Shown here in pieces: positions 18,701 through 26,499 of a DNA stretch of 64,000 nucleotides. The stretch covers positions 1 to 64,000 of the forward strand of contig CANQKD010000008.1 in assembly GCA_947624375.1 (NCBI GenBank), in the 5' to 3' direction. Source of the stretch: an uncultured Clostridia bacterium. Its GTDB lineage: Bacteria > Bacillota > Clostridia > Oscillospirales > Ruminococcaceae. Under the pieces are notes generated by a model. The model ran no database searches, was not told the origin of the DNA, and saw only the letters and a list, made by a program, of their open reading frames with translations. Position 1 is the stretch's first letter. Each line of letters opens with the position of its first letter. Position numbers and translations under genes: made by a program.

Positions 18701-19643
18701 CTATTCCCGAAAGATATGCCAGCCCTATAAAAAACAGGTGCTGAGGGTCGTTGTTTTCTGTGCTTTCAAGCCCTAGCGCCTGTCTGACAGTCTCGGCGAT
18801 GCATTTCGGGTCACCTGCTGATATGGGCGAGGGTATATCTTTATACTTCTCCTGCAGAGCTTGTTTATCGGTTTCTACAAGTTCTACCGGCATAACGGGC
18901 TTTTGGCTTCTGGCAGCCTCTGGGTATTCCGTCGTCATCACATAGTTGTTGTCTTCCAGCAGATTCGGCGTTACCGCAAGAGCAAAAAGTTCGCTTTTTT
19001 TCATTGCTTCTTCTATTGCCTCGTTAAAGTTTTCGCCCGGCACAAGAAATTCATCATACCATATAGCGATATCGCGGCAAAAATCATTGCTGTGTATCAG
19101 CCGCATAAGCTTCTGCGCATATTCTCTGTCTTTTTTGCGGTAGCTGAGAAACACATATGCATCAAATGCAGCACGTATTTTTTCGATCATTTCATCGCCT
19201 ATAAGCACCGAATCAAGATATTGCTTCAGCTTGTATTCATAGCTTATCTGTGTGCGGTCATGAGAGTTTCGGTTCAGCATTTGCAGATCGCCGCATTTTT
19301 TGTTGAACGCCTCTTCAATATCGCTGTCTTCCTGTATTGGCAGCACGGGGATATGAAGTTTCTGTGCTTTTCTGAACACCTCAGAAAACGCAAAGGTATC
19401 CTGCTTGACAAAATTTGTGGTCACAACAAGCACTATCAGCTGCATGGATCTCAGGTCGCCTTTAAATGTTTTCATGTCCTCGGGGCGCTCGGGGTCGGGG
19501 TCATAAAACACGGCGCAGTTGCTGAATTTCAGCAGGTCGTCGGCTATTTCGTGCAAATACTTTTCAAATCCTGCGCTGTGACCGGTCACATACACTTTGG
19601 GTATGCCCTGCGCACTTATGCCTTTTCTGGTTATATACTGCAT
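15738..19643 (-). CDS. 1301-aa protein: an N-terminal TIR-like domain, a canonical TIR domain (AYVFLSYRKKD...IAIWYDEF), Sel1-like repeats, and then a long TPR array of more than 25 repeats that contains three in-frame 143-aa tandem units
   Basis: The TIR-domain call comes from motifs seen directly (VFLSYR, WYDE..L.PGE, a SELFALAVTPN βD-like strand). The Sel1 repeat is LAYLSGIDVEVDRERAVKMITAAAEQ. The gene is monocistronic and flanked by terminators. Confidence 0.8.
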   Translation of the reverse strand: MQYITRKGISAQGIPKVYVTGHSAGFEKYLHEIADDLLKFSNCAVFYDPDPERPEDMKTFKGDLRSMQLIVLVVTTNFVKQDTFAFSEVFRKAQKLHIPVLPIQEDSDIEEAFNKKCGDLQMLNRNSHDRTQISYEYKLKQYLDSVLIGDEMIEKIRAAFDAYVFLSYRKKDREYAQKLMRLIHSNDFCRDIAIWYDEFLVPGENFNEAIEEAMKKSELFALAVTPNLLEDNNYVMTTEYPEAARSQKPVMPVELVETDKQALQEKYKDIPSPISAGDPKCIAETVRQALGLESTENNDPQHLFFIGLAYLSGIDVEVDRERAVKMITAAAEQDLPEAISKLASLYHEGEGVERDFPNAIKWQKRLVQLREEQYKKTGAESDARQWMLDYRQWASDTTQTWDYWEIIYANWWDALELYKKELAVLEELMKRFSDDWFENHLFKTLLDISFSYLQLNKTQESIEWSEKAFKVKEKLPDHIGTAEEYRELYSIYNFSGDFWRKHLEDLPMAIMWYERAAEATEKLAATEDVDKANDRFYYLYSDIGDFHEKNGDISNARVWYEKVVTVREKEAEEKNSEMSFFTLSETYVKLYVFCHKLGDNDAAKVYFEKAVATDKLIEEKHFEKFVTRCFRHADDCDRQGDIAGAKEWIESLDMTYGSLGKEFLQSKAILREKGSTLEDIAKTENLDTSHLNDDFKTAYEIGIICVRKGYIWAAEIWFDKAPKKLSKKDDEREYAQKAVSLCYRLVGNAQMYYKKYKEYDYAEESYKLALKYLEKPAKHYDPDDIQRDIAVCYSDLGDVSKKQQDYFTAEERYEKALAILERLAEHDDSDETQKNIAVCYSDLGDICKKQEDYITAKDRYEKAIAILEKLAGPDDPDAMLKVLADCYRDLGDICQKQEDYAYAVELYKKEIPIREKLAEHEGPYINKVALDLCCNSFCLCFTSLLIRFVKQGDLAAAKNCYEKEIAIIEKPAIKNKPMYITVLSVLGSICKETKDYGEAKICFEKAIAILEKKAENDDHGDNLKKLADCYRDLGDICQKQEDYAYAVELYEKEIPIREKLAEHEDSNINKVALDLCCNSFCICFTGLIVSFLKQGDIAAVKRCFEKEIAIIEKPEIKNKPMYITVLSVLGSICKETKDYGEAKICFEKAIAILEKKAENDDHGDNLKKLADCYRDLGDICQKQEDYAYAVELYEKEIPIREKLAEHEDSNINKVALDLCCNSFCICFTGLIVSFLKQGDIAAVKRCFEKEIAIIEKPEIKNDPLFIRVLELLNSIYTASGDIAASEKSDDGNKNASENDDE
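15861..17147. repeat. Three tandem 429-bp (143-codon) repeats inside the TIR-TPR gene. Units 15861-16289 and 16290-16718 are essentially identical; unit 3 (16719-17147) is diverged
   Basis: Shown by direct comparison of the sequence. The antisense ORFs 15820-16083 and 16243-16512 are mirror artefacts of these repeats. Confidence 0.85.
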
Positions 19644-19853
19644 ATATGTCCCTCCGTAGATCGAAAGTCTGATATTGCGCCCATATGATGGCGGGCTTTA
19701 TTTTATTGTAACACGATTTTCACAAATTGTCAACCGCGGGCTGCGAAAAATAAGTTTTATAACATTATCTTGTATCACCCTGTCGTATTGTGACATATTA
19801 TGTATCGGGAAATAAATTCCCCACTTATTCCGATACAGAAAGGCAGCGGCATA

Positions 19854-20363
19854 ATGAACGAAAAAACTTCGGGCAAGATGTCCGTCAGGAAAAAGATCCT
19901 TATCGTTATTATCCTGCTGGTGCTCATGCTGATATGCTTTCTGCTTGGTATGTTTACGCAGTCGCTGAAAAAGCCTAGCGGCGGCGGTATGCGCTTTGAG
20001 GCAGGCGTGGGAATTTCCTCAAGCATCGAAACACCTGCACAGCAGCAGGGTATCGCGGTCAAGGGCATGGCGCAGATGTTCATTCCCGCAGGCGAGAAGA
20101 CTGTAGCGGCAAGCTTTGAAAACCCTAAGGAAAACACAGGTCTTTACTACCTCACCTTTGAGCTGAAAGCCGATATAGGCGGCAAAAGCGAGACCCTCTA
20201 CACCTCCGGTCTTGTAAAAGCAGGCGAGCAGGTCAGCAGCATTACCCTTTCGCAGCCGCTTGAAAAAGGCAAGTACAGCGCGGTGCTGCACATACAGCCC
20301 TACAGTATCTCGCTTGCCCCCACAAACAACGCGGATATCCCCATAACACTAATAGTTTCATAG
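19854..20363 (+). CDS. Membrane-anchored (N-terminal TM) beta-rich extracellular protein
   Basis: Start set at MNEKTSG, which has an RBS. A single TM segment (ILIVIILLVLMLICFLL) is followed by a ~130-aa soluble domain. Confidence 0.5.
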   Translation: MNEKTSGKMSVRKKILIVIILLVLMLICFLLGMFTQSLKKPSGGGMRFEAGVGISSSIETPAQQQGIAVKGMAQMFIPAGEKTVAASFENPKENTGLYYLTFELKADIGGKSETLYTSGLVKAGEQVSSITLSQPLEKGKYSAVLHIQPYSISLAPTNNADIPITLIVS

Positions 20364-20369
20364 AAACGG

Positions 20370-20858
20370 GTGATCAATATGATGAAAAAACTTCTGACGG
20401 CTGCCGCAGTGCTGGCTCTTTTGCCGTTCACCGCATCGGCAGAAACGATAGACCAGTCGGCGGCGGACAAAACCGGCACGATAAGCGTAGACCACTATGT
20501 CGATGTTTCATATACGGTCACTATCCCTGCCGGCGTTACTTTTACAGACAGCGAAAAGGTAGTTGAAAGACCGCTTCAGGCAAGCGGCGTTTTTCTGAAT
20601 GAGGGCGAAAAGTTAAGTGTTTATGTCAGCAGCCAAAACGGCTTTAAAATGGTAAACAACAGCGGATATATCGACTATTATATGAAAGTCAATGCCGGTG
20701 AGCCCATAAGCGGCGACAACGTAAAAGTAATGACCGTCACCGCAGGAGATAACTCCGGCTGGGCGCTGCTGGAATTCGGCACGGCGCTGTCAGACGAGCA
20801 TCAGGCGTATGCAGGAATATATTCCGATACGCTTACCTTTACGGTAGCAGTTGAATGA
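20370..20858 (+). CDS. Secreted beta-rich protein, possibly a fimbrial/spore-surface-like fold (DUF4402-like)
   Basis: Signal peptide MMKKLLTAAAVLALLPFTASA. The mature domain is ~135 aa and ends in TLTFTVAVE. It starts 6 nt after the preceding gene. Confidence 0.5.
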   Translation: MINMMKKLLTAAAVLALLPFTASAETIDQSAADKTGTISVDHYVDVSYTVTIPAGVTFTDSEKVVERPLQASGVFLNEGEKLSVYVSSQNGFKMVNNSGYIDYYMKVNAGEPISGDNVKVMTVTAGDNSGWALLEFGTALSDEHQAYAGIYSDTLTFTVAVE

Positions 20859-20961
20859 ATCAAGCCCCGATATTTTGTCGGGGCATTATTTGTGCCCTGA
20901 TATTGACAAGCCGGCGGTAAGTGTGATAAAATTATATTAGTTTTAAGAAAGGGAATTTTTT

Positions 20962-21579
20962 ATGAAGGTACTTATCATAGGCGGCAGCCCGAGAAAGGGC
21001 GGTAACACTAGCATAGCTCTTGGCGAAATGGAGAAAATATTTGTACAGGAGGGCATAGAGTGCGAAACTTTGCAGATAGGCGGCAAGGATATCCGCGGCT
21101 GCATGGCGTGCGGCAGCTGCGCTGATCTCGGCAGATGCGTTTTTGACGATATAGTCAACGAGGCGGCGCAGAAGTTCGAGCAGGCTGACGGTCTTGTAAT
21201 TGCAAGCCCCGTTTACTATGCCTCGGCAAACGGTACGCTCATATCTTTCCTTGACAGACTGTTTTACAGCAGCGGTTTTGACAAGACTATGAAAGTCGGC
21301 GCAAGCGTTGTTTGTGCGCGGCGCGGCGGCTGTACGGCAACTTTTGACGAGCTGAACAAATACTTCACCATAACGGGTATGCCGGTAGCTTCAAGTCAGT
21401 ATTGGAACGATATTCACGGGCGTGAAAAAGGCGATGCCGAAAAAGACGACGAGGGCAAACAGACCATGCGCGCTCTTGCAAGAAACATGGCGTTTCTGAT
21501 AAAGAGCATAGCCCTCGGCAAGGAAAAATACGGTCTGCCCGAAAAAGAGGATTGGACACCAACTCACTTTATAAGATAA
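20962..21579 (+). CDS. NADPH-dependent FMN reductase / iron-sulfur flavoprotein-like
   Basis: MKVLIIGGSPRKGGNTS is a flavodoxin-like fold signature. A CxxC..C cluster follows. Confidence 0.7.
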   Translation: MKVLIIGGSPRKGGNTSIALGEMEKIFVQEGIECETLQIGGKDIRGCMACGSCADLGRCVFDDIVNEAAQKFEQADGLVIASPVYYASANGTLISFLDRLFYSSGFDKTMKVGASVVCARRGGCTATFDELNKYFTITGMPVASSQYWNDIHGREKGDAEKDDEGKQTMRALARNMAFLIKSIALGKEKYGLPEKEDWTPTHFIR

Positions 21580-21620
21580 CAAATAGGGACTGCTAGTAAC
21601 AGTCCCTTTTTATGTACACT

Positions 21621-22985
21621 TTATTCTTCTGTACTATCGTCAGGCTCATCTTCTTCCGCCTGCCGTATATCCAAAACCACGTCAGTCATGCCGCTTTCTT
21701 CTGCCAGCCAGTTTTTCAGCGTCTGCCTCTCATCTTCCGAAAAGTCCCCGTCCGCAGTACACGAAAACAGCAGGTATTGCGCGTTTCCATCGGTCATAAC
21801 ACCGCACTCGCAGCCGCGAAGCTTTGTAAATATGCCGCCTGCCTTCTTGGAAATATTCGCGCAGTCTATGTGATCTTTCAGATCGTTTTCAAGCTTGTCA
21901 ATGGTCTGTTGCTGCTGCTCTAAAATATCTTCAAGACCGTGTATCGTGTTTTCCTGAACCGCAATAGTCACCTTGTCGCTGTCCTCACCCTCGATGCTCT
22001 TGTTCTGCGTTACGTGTATCGTAAATCCGTCAAGGTCGTAATCGTCAAGGCGGCTCTCCAGCTCGGCAATTTTCTCGTCGGATACCTGCATACCCACCAG
22101 CGAGACTGAAATTTTCTTGTCTATCTTGTCAATACTGCTCTGCACCAGCTGCGTGTCAGAGAACACAAATTCGTTTGCAAGATAGTCTTCAATATTTCGC
22201 TCAACTACCGAAGAATATACCGTGTATGCGCCAACAAGTATGCTGGGTATAACTGTTATGATTATCAGCACCGTGATTATGCGGCTTATGCGCTTGTGCT
22301 TTTTCGCATCGAGTTCTTCGCGAACTGGCACGCCTAAAAGCTTTGTAACAATGAACGCCGAAAGCGCGATGAACAGCGTGTTTATAATGAACAAATACCC
22401 CGCGCCAAGCACGAAACTGAGCTGCCATGTGGCAATGCCGTAGCCAGCTGTGCAAAGGGGAGGCATAAGTGCCGTTGCAATAGCCACACCCGGGATAACA
22501 TTGCTTGCCTTTTTGCGCGTGTTGCCTATGCTGCCTGCAATACCGCCGAACAGCGCTATCATAACGTCCCAGAGGGTGGGGCTTGTTCGCGCGATCATCT
22601 CACTTGTCGCAACGGTCAGCGGCGAAAGCTTGAAGTATATCACGGAAGTTATCAGGCTTATTACCACCTGCGTTGCAAAGCGTGATGCGGCGTGCCTGAG
22701 CATAGGCAGGTCGCGTATGGCAAGCGAGTAACCCATTGTAAGTATACCGCTCATCAGCGGTGAAATAAGCATCGCACCGATTATTACCGCCGTTGAGTTG
22801 ACATTAAGACCTATAGATGCAATAAGTATCGCCATCATCAGTATCCACATATTCGCCCCGTGGATAACCGTGTTTTCCTCCATCATGTCGTGCAGCTCAT
22901 CATAATCCAGCATATTGCTGCGCATATCCAGAAGGCTGTGAAAATAGTCTTTCAGTGGGTGTTTTGTTTTGACTTCCTCGTTCAT
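21621..22985 (-). CDS. DUF389-family integral membrane protein with a C-terminal acidic cytoplasmic domain
   Basis: 454 aa. The first 240 aa contain 6-7 TM helices arranged as in DUF389/TIGR00341-like proteins. Confidence 0.65.
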   Translation of the reverse strand: MNEEVKTKHPLKDYFHSLLDMRSNMLDYDELHDMMEENTVIHGANMWILMMAILIASIGLNVNSTAVIIGAMLISPLMSGILTMGYSLAIRDLPMLRHAASRFATQVVISLITSVIYFKLSPLTVATSEMIARTSPTLWDVMIALFGGIAGSIGNTRKKASNVIPGVAIATALMPPLCTAGYGIATWQLSFVLGAGYLFIINTLFIALSAFIVTKLLGVPVREELDAKKHKRISRIITVLIIITVIPSILVGAYTVYSSVVERNIEDYLANEFVFSDTQLVQSSIDKIDKKISVSLVGMQVSDEKIAELESRLDDYDLDGFTIHVTQNKSIEGEDSDKVTIAVQENTIHGLEDILEQQQQTIDKLENDLKDHIDCANISKKAGGIFTKLRGCECGVMTDGNAQYLLFSCTADGDFSEDERQTLKNWLAEESGMTDVVLDIRQAEEDEPDDSTEE

Positions 22986-23131
22986 ATGTATTACCTCTGT
23001 AAAAATTTTTCTATATAATTATAATTATATCACCGCACCGTGCAAAATGCAACATAAATTTGTTTCTCTTGACATTATAAAAACAGGGTGATATAATTAT
23101 ATCAAATATTCAAGACGAAGAGGTGTTGTTT

Positions 23132-24217
23132 ATGAGCATCGGAGAATTTCAGCTCGGTGAGTATCTTTCGGGCGGCGTGCAGAGGCTGATCGCGAGGGCG
23201 ATAGTCATTGCAAAAGGCGACCGCAAAGAAAGCCGTTTTTTCGCAGACTTTCTGGTGTCTTCGGCGGCGGCATCTTTCAAACGCAGCACGCACGCCAAAA
23301 ACGGTGAGAACATACCGCCGTTTCTTATCGCGGCAATATCGGGCAGCTGTAATCTTCACTGCGAGGGCTGCTATTCGCGCAGCAACGGTTATTGCTCCGA
23401 CTGCGCCGCACCCGATGAACTTTCCGCCGAGGACTGGAAGAATATTTTCACGCAAGCCGAGGATCTCGGTATATGTTTTATACTGATCTCGGGCGGCGAA
23501 CCGCTTATGCGCAGAGATGTACTTAAAGTGGCATCGCAGTTTAGAAAAATACTTTTCCCGATATTCACAAACGGCATTCTGATAGATGATAAATACTTGG
23601 AATTGTTTATAAAAAAACGCAATCTTTTGCCTGTTTTCAGTATAGAGGGTGACAGCGCAAAGACCGACAGCCGCCGAGGCGAGGGCGTTTACGAAAACGT
23701 TAAAGAAACGATGAGAAAGCTGTGCGATGCGAGTGTGCCGTTCGGCGCGTCTATTACCGTTACGCATGAAAATCTGCAAGAGGTGACAAGCACGGAATTT
23801 GTGAATTCTTTGCAAGATGACGGATGCAAACTTGTGGTATATGTCGAAGTCGTGCCCGTAACTAAAGATATGCGCGCTTTAGAACTGACTGACAGCGACC
23901 GCGAGTATCTTAAACAGCGCGCTGATAGTTTGCAGGAAAACAACGGCAAGATGATATTTCTCTCTTTCCCCGGCGATGAGGATAAAACAGGCGGCTGTCT
24001 GGCGGCAGGCAGAGGCTTTTTCCATATTGATGCAGGCGGCAGCGCACAACCATGCCCCTTCTCGCCGTATTCTGATACGAACGTGAAAGAAACATCACTG
24101 CTGGGGGTGCTCCGGTCACCGCTGTTTACAAAACTTCGCGAAAGCGGTATGCTTGAAGATGAGAGCGGCGGCTGCGTGCTTTTTCAGAAAAAAGAAGAAG
24201 TTGAAAAAATGCTTTGA
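23132..24217 (+). CDS. Radical SAM protein with a C-terminal SPASM/twitch-like Cys cluster
   Basis: CNLHCEGCY fits the CX3CX2C radical-SAM cluster motif. C-terminal GGCLAAGRGFFHIDAGGSAQPCPFSP looks SPASM-like. The ATG at 23132 has an RBS (gaagagg). Confidence 0.75.
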   Translation: MSIGEFQLGEYLSGGVQRLIARAIVIAKGDRKESRFFADFLVSSAAASFKRSTHAKNGENIPPFLIAAISGSCNLHCEGCYSRSNGYCSDCAAPDELSAEDWKNIFTQAEDLGICFILISGGEPLMRRDVLKVASQFRKILFPIFTNGILIDDKYLELFIKKRNLLPVFSIEGDSAKTDSRRGEGVYENVKETMRKLCDASVPFGASITVTHENLQEVTSTEFVNSLQDDGCKLVVYVEVVPVTKDMRALELTDSDREYLKQRADSLQENNGKMIFLSFPGDEDKTGGCLAAGRGFFHIDAGGSAQPCPFSPYSDTNVKETSLLGVLRSPLFTKLRESGMLEDESGGCVLFQKKEEVEKML

Positions 24218-24313
24218 AAAACTGCGGCCGCTGAAAAATGCGGCTGTTTTTAAAGATAAGTATTGACAATATTTAAAATCCGGTGTATACTATCTTGAAA
24301 GGAGATGAAAAAT

Positions 24314-24856
24314 ATGAATTTTTATATAAGCGATCCGCACTTCGGGCATGAAAACATTATAAGGCTGTGTCAGCGACCTTTTTCAAGCGTTGAAGAAATG
24401 GACAGACAGATGATAGACAACTGGAACACGCGCGTGGGCAGTGAAGATACGGTCTACATCTTGGGCGATATGATGTTTCGCAACAAGGCAAGCGCGAGCA
24501 GCTATCTTGAAAAGCTAAACGGCAAAAAGCACCTGATTGTCGGCAACCACGACCGCACTTGGATGCCCCAGTGCCCTATGGATAAGTATTTTGAAAGTGT
24601 TGATAATCTGCTATATATATCAGACTGCGGCAGACAAATTGTTATGTGCCACTATCCTATGATGTCATGGCCGCATATGGAAAGGGGCAGTTATATGGTC
24701 TACGGGCATATACACAACAGCACGGGGCAGCCCTTCTGGCAGCTGATAAAGGAAAACCCGTATATGCTCAACGCCGGCGCCGATGTAAACAGCTATATGC
24801 CGGTAACTTTTGAAGAAATGGCCGCGTTTAATCAGGCTTTCAAGGCAGAAAGATAG
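24314..24856 (+). CDS. Calcineurin-like metallophosphoesterase
   Basis: DPHFGH, GDM, GNHD and CHYP motifs are present. Start chosen at MNFYISD for correct RBS spacing. Confidence 0.7.
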   Translation: MNFYISDPHFGHENIIRLCQRPFSSVEEMDRQMIDNWNTRVGSEDTVYILGDMMFRNKASASSYLEKLNGKKHLIVGNHDRTWMPQCPMDKYFESVDNLLYISDCGRQIVMCHYPMMSWPHMERGSYMVYGHIHNSTGQPFWQLIKENPYMLNAGADVNSYMPVTFEEMAAFNQAFKAER

Positions 24857-25265
24857 GCTCTCGGCAGTTGGTTATGCTGTCAGTCAGCAAAGCGGCTGCA
24901 AGCTGCGCCATGGCTGCAAGCGGCTGCGAAGTTTTCGGGTACAGCATAAATTCGCAGGGCTCGTAAACTTTTCCGCCAAAGCTTTTTATGCTTCTTTGTA
25001 AAGATACCATTAAACGCTCTTTTTGGCTGCTTGAAAGGCTGAATGTCGCCTTGTCTGTCGTGCCCAGAGTTATAAGCGGCATATTGCCGAGCCGCCGCAT
25101 TTTTTCACAAAGCGCGTGGTGGGGAGCTATCATGACCGCGCCCTCGCTTTTAAGCCGCCGCGGCAGGGAAGTGAGCATAACAGCGTTGCAGCCGCGCAGG
25201 TTTTTGATGTATTTTTGAAGATAAGTAAAACAGCCGCTGTCGTCAAAAAAGTAAATGCAGTTCAT
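24840..25265 (-). CDS. Hypothetical protein
   Basis: 141-aa ORF on the strand opposite the flanking genes. No motif recognised. Confidence 0.35.
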   Translation of the reverse strand: MNCIYFFDDSGCFTYLQKYIKNLRGCNAVMLTSLPRRLKSEGAVMIAPHHALCEKMRRLGNMPLITLGTTDKATFSLSSSQKERLMVSLQRSIKSFGGKVYEPCEFMLYPKTSQPLAAMAQLAAALLTDSITNCREPIFLP

Positions 25266-25394
25266 AATTTACCTCTTATCCGCGGTAATAGCCGCTGAAA
25301 ATATTTTAACCGCACCAAATGGCAATATGTATTTTCCGCGATGACAATATATTCAATTTTAGCTGATATACTCAAATTTTCGGAGGGATCAAAT

Positions 25395-25640
25395 ATGAAA
25401 AACAAAAGAACAGTCGTTACGATAAATGATTACGGAAGAATATCGGTATGTCTGAAAGGGATCATGGAGCAAAAGGGCTTTACAAGAAACAGCCTCGCCC
25501 ACGCGACAAACACGCGGTTCGAGGTCATAAATAAGTGGTATAACGACAACGTTGAGAAAATGGATCTTGACATTTTAGCGAGAATTTGTTATGTTCTTGA
25601 CTGCGCGCCCGATGAGATAATAAAATATATTGAAAAATAG
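25395..25640 (+). CDS. XRE-family helix-turn-helix transcriptional regulator
   Basis: 81 aa. GFTRNSLAHATNTRFEVINKW is a Cro/C1-type HTH. RBS GGAGGGA. Confidence 0.7.
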   Translation: MKNKRTVVTINDYGRISVCLKGIMEQKGFTRNSLAHATNTRFEVINKWYNDNVEKMDLDILARICYVLDCAPDEIIKYIEK

Positions 25641-25689
25641 CTGAAAGTGTGGTATAATATATACAACACAATTTATGGAGGTATGCTTT

Positions 25690-26259
25690 ATGAAAAAGAA
25701 TCTGGGAGTTTTGCCTGCGCTTATGCCTATGCCCGTCGCGATAGTCGCCGCATACGGTGAAGACGGCAATGTGTGCGCCATGAACGCCGCTTGGGCGCAG
25801 ATATGCGACATGGACAAAATTATGCTGTGCATCGATGAGGATCACAAGACCACTAAAAATATTCGGTACAGCAAGGCATTTACCGTAAGCATCGCGGACG
25901 TTGAAAACATGGCTGCTGCCGATTTCTTCGGTATCGCAACAGGCAACAAAATGCCCGATAAGTTTGAAAAGAGCGGCTGTCATGCCGTCAAGAGCGAGTT
26001 CGTAAACGCGCCCGTTATTACCGAGTTCCCCGTTACTATGGAGTGCGAGCTTGCCGAGATAGTAAGTACCGAAAACCTGCACGCAGTTGTAGGCAAGATA
26101 GTTAATGTCGCGGCAGATGAAAAGGTAGTCGGCGAGGACGGCAAGGTCTGCCCCGAAAAGATAAACGCCCTCATCTTCGATCAGTTCCGCTCGGGCTATT
26201 ATGCAGTAGGCGAAAAGGTCGGTCAGGCTTGGAATGCAGGCAAAGATCTGATGAAATAA
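25690..26259 (+). CDS. Flavin-reductase-like (FMN-binding split-barrel) protein
   Basis: The N-terminal P(A)(L)MP..VAIV..YGEDG..N.M..AW pattern is typical of the flavin reductase-like domain. Confidence 0.7.
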   Translation: MKKNLGVLPALMPMPVAIVAAYGEDGNVCAMNAAWAQICDMDKIMLCIDEDHKTTKNIRYSKAFTVSIADVENMAAADFFGIATGNKMPDKFEKSGCHAVKSEFVNAPVITEFPVTMECELAEIVSTENLHAVVGKIVNVAADEKVVGEDGKVCPEKINALIFDQFRSGYYAVGEKVGQAWNAGKDLMK

Positions 26260-26341
26260 TTTTGCAAAAGTGCGCCGCGCGGTCAAAAGCCGTGCGGTTT
26301 TTTGTATGTTAATAAAATGTTCATATATTTACGCGGCAAGT

Positions 26342-26469
26342 ATGTTATAATATAATCATAGATGATTATATTATAATCTTATGTCCTCGTCGATACGCAG
26401 ACCAAAGGGTCTGCTCCCGACGTATCGGACAATTATAACATAACGCTTTCGCTTTTATGTTATAATATA
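26342..26469 (+). promoter_or_regulatory. Two identical extended -10 boxes (ATGTTATAATATA at 26342-26354 and 26457-26469). The first is embedded in a perfect 32-bp palindrome (26345-26376). A stem-loop lies between them (26388-26430)
   Basis: TGnTATAAT motifs are read directly from the sequence, and the second lies 30 nt upstream of the M15 peptidase ATG. The palindrome arms are ttataatataatcat / atgattatattataa. Confidence 0.5.
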
Positions 26470-26499
26470 GGTAAGTATTTTTTTGCGAGGTGACACATC

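Noticed and set aside
24840-25265. Mur-ligase-like fragment suggested by LITLGTTDKATFS
   Set aside because: The resemblance to the GTNGKT P-loop is too weak. It is annotated as hypothetical only.
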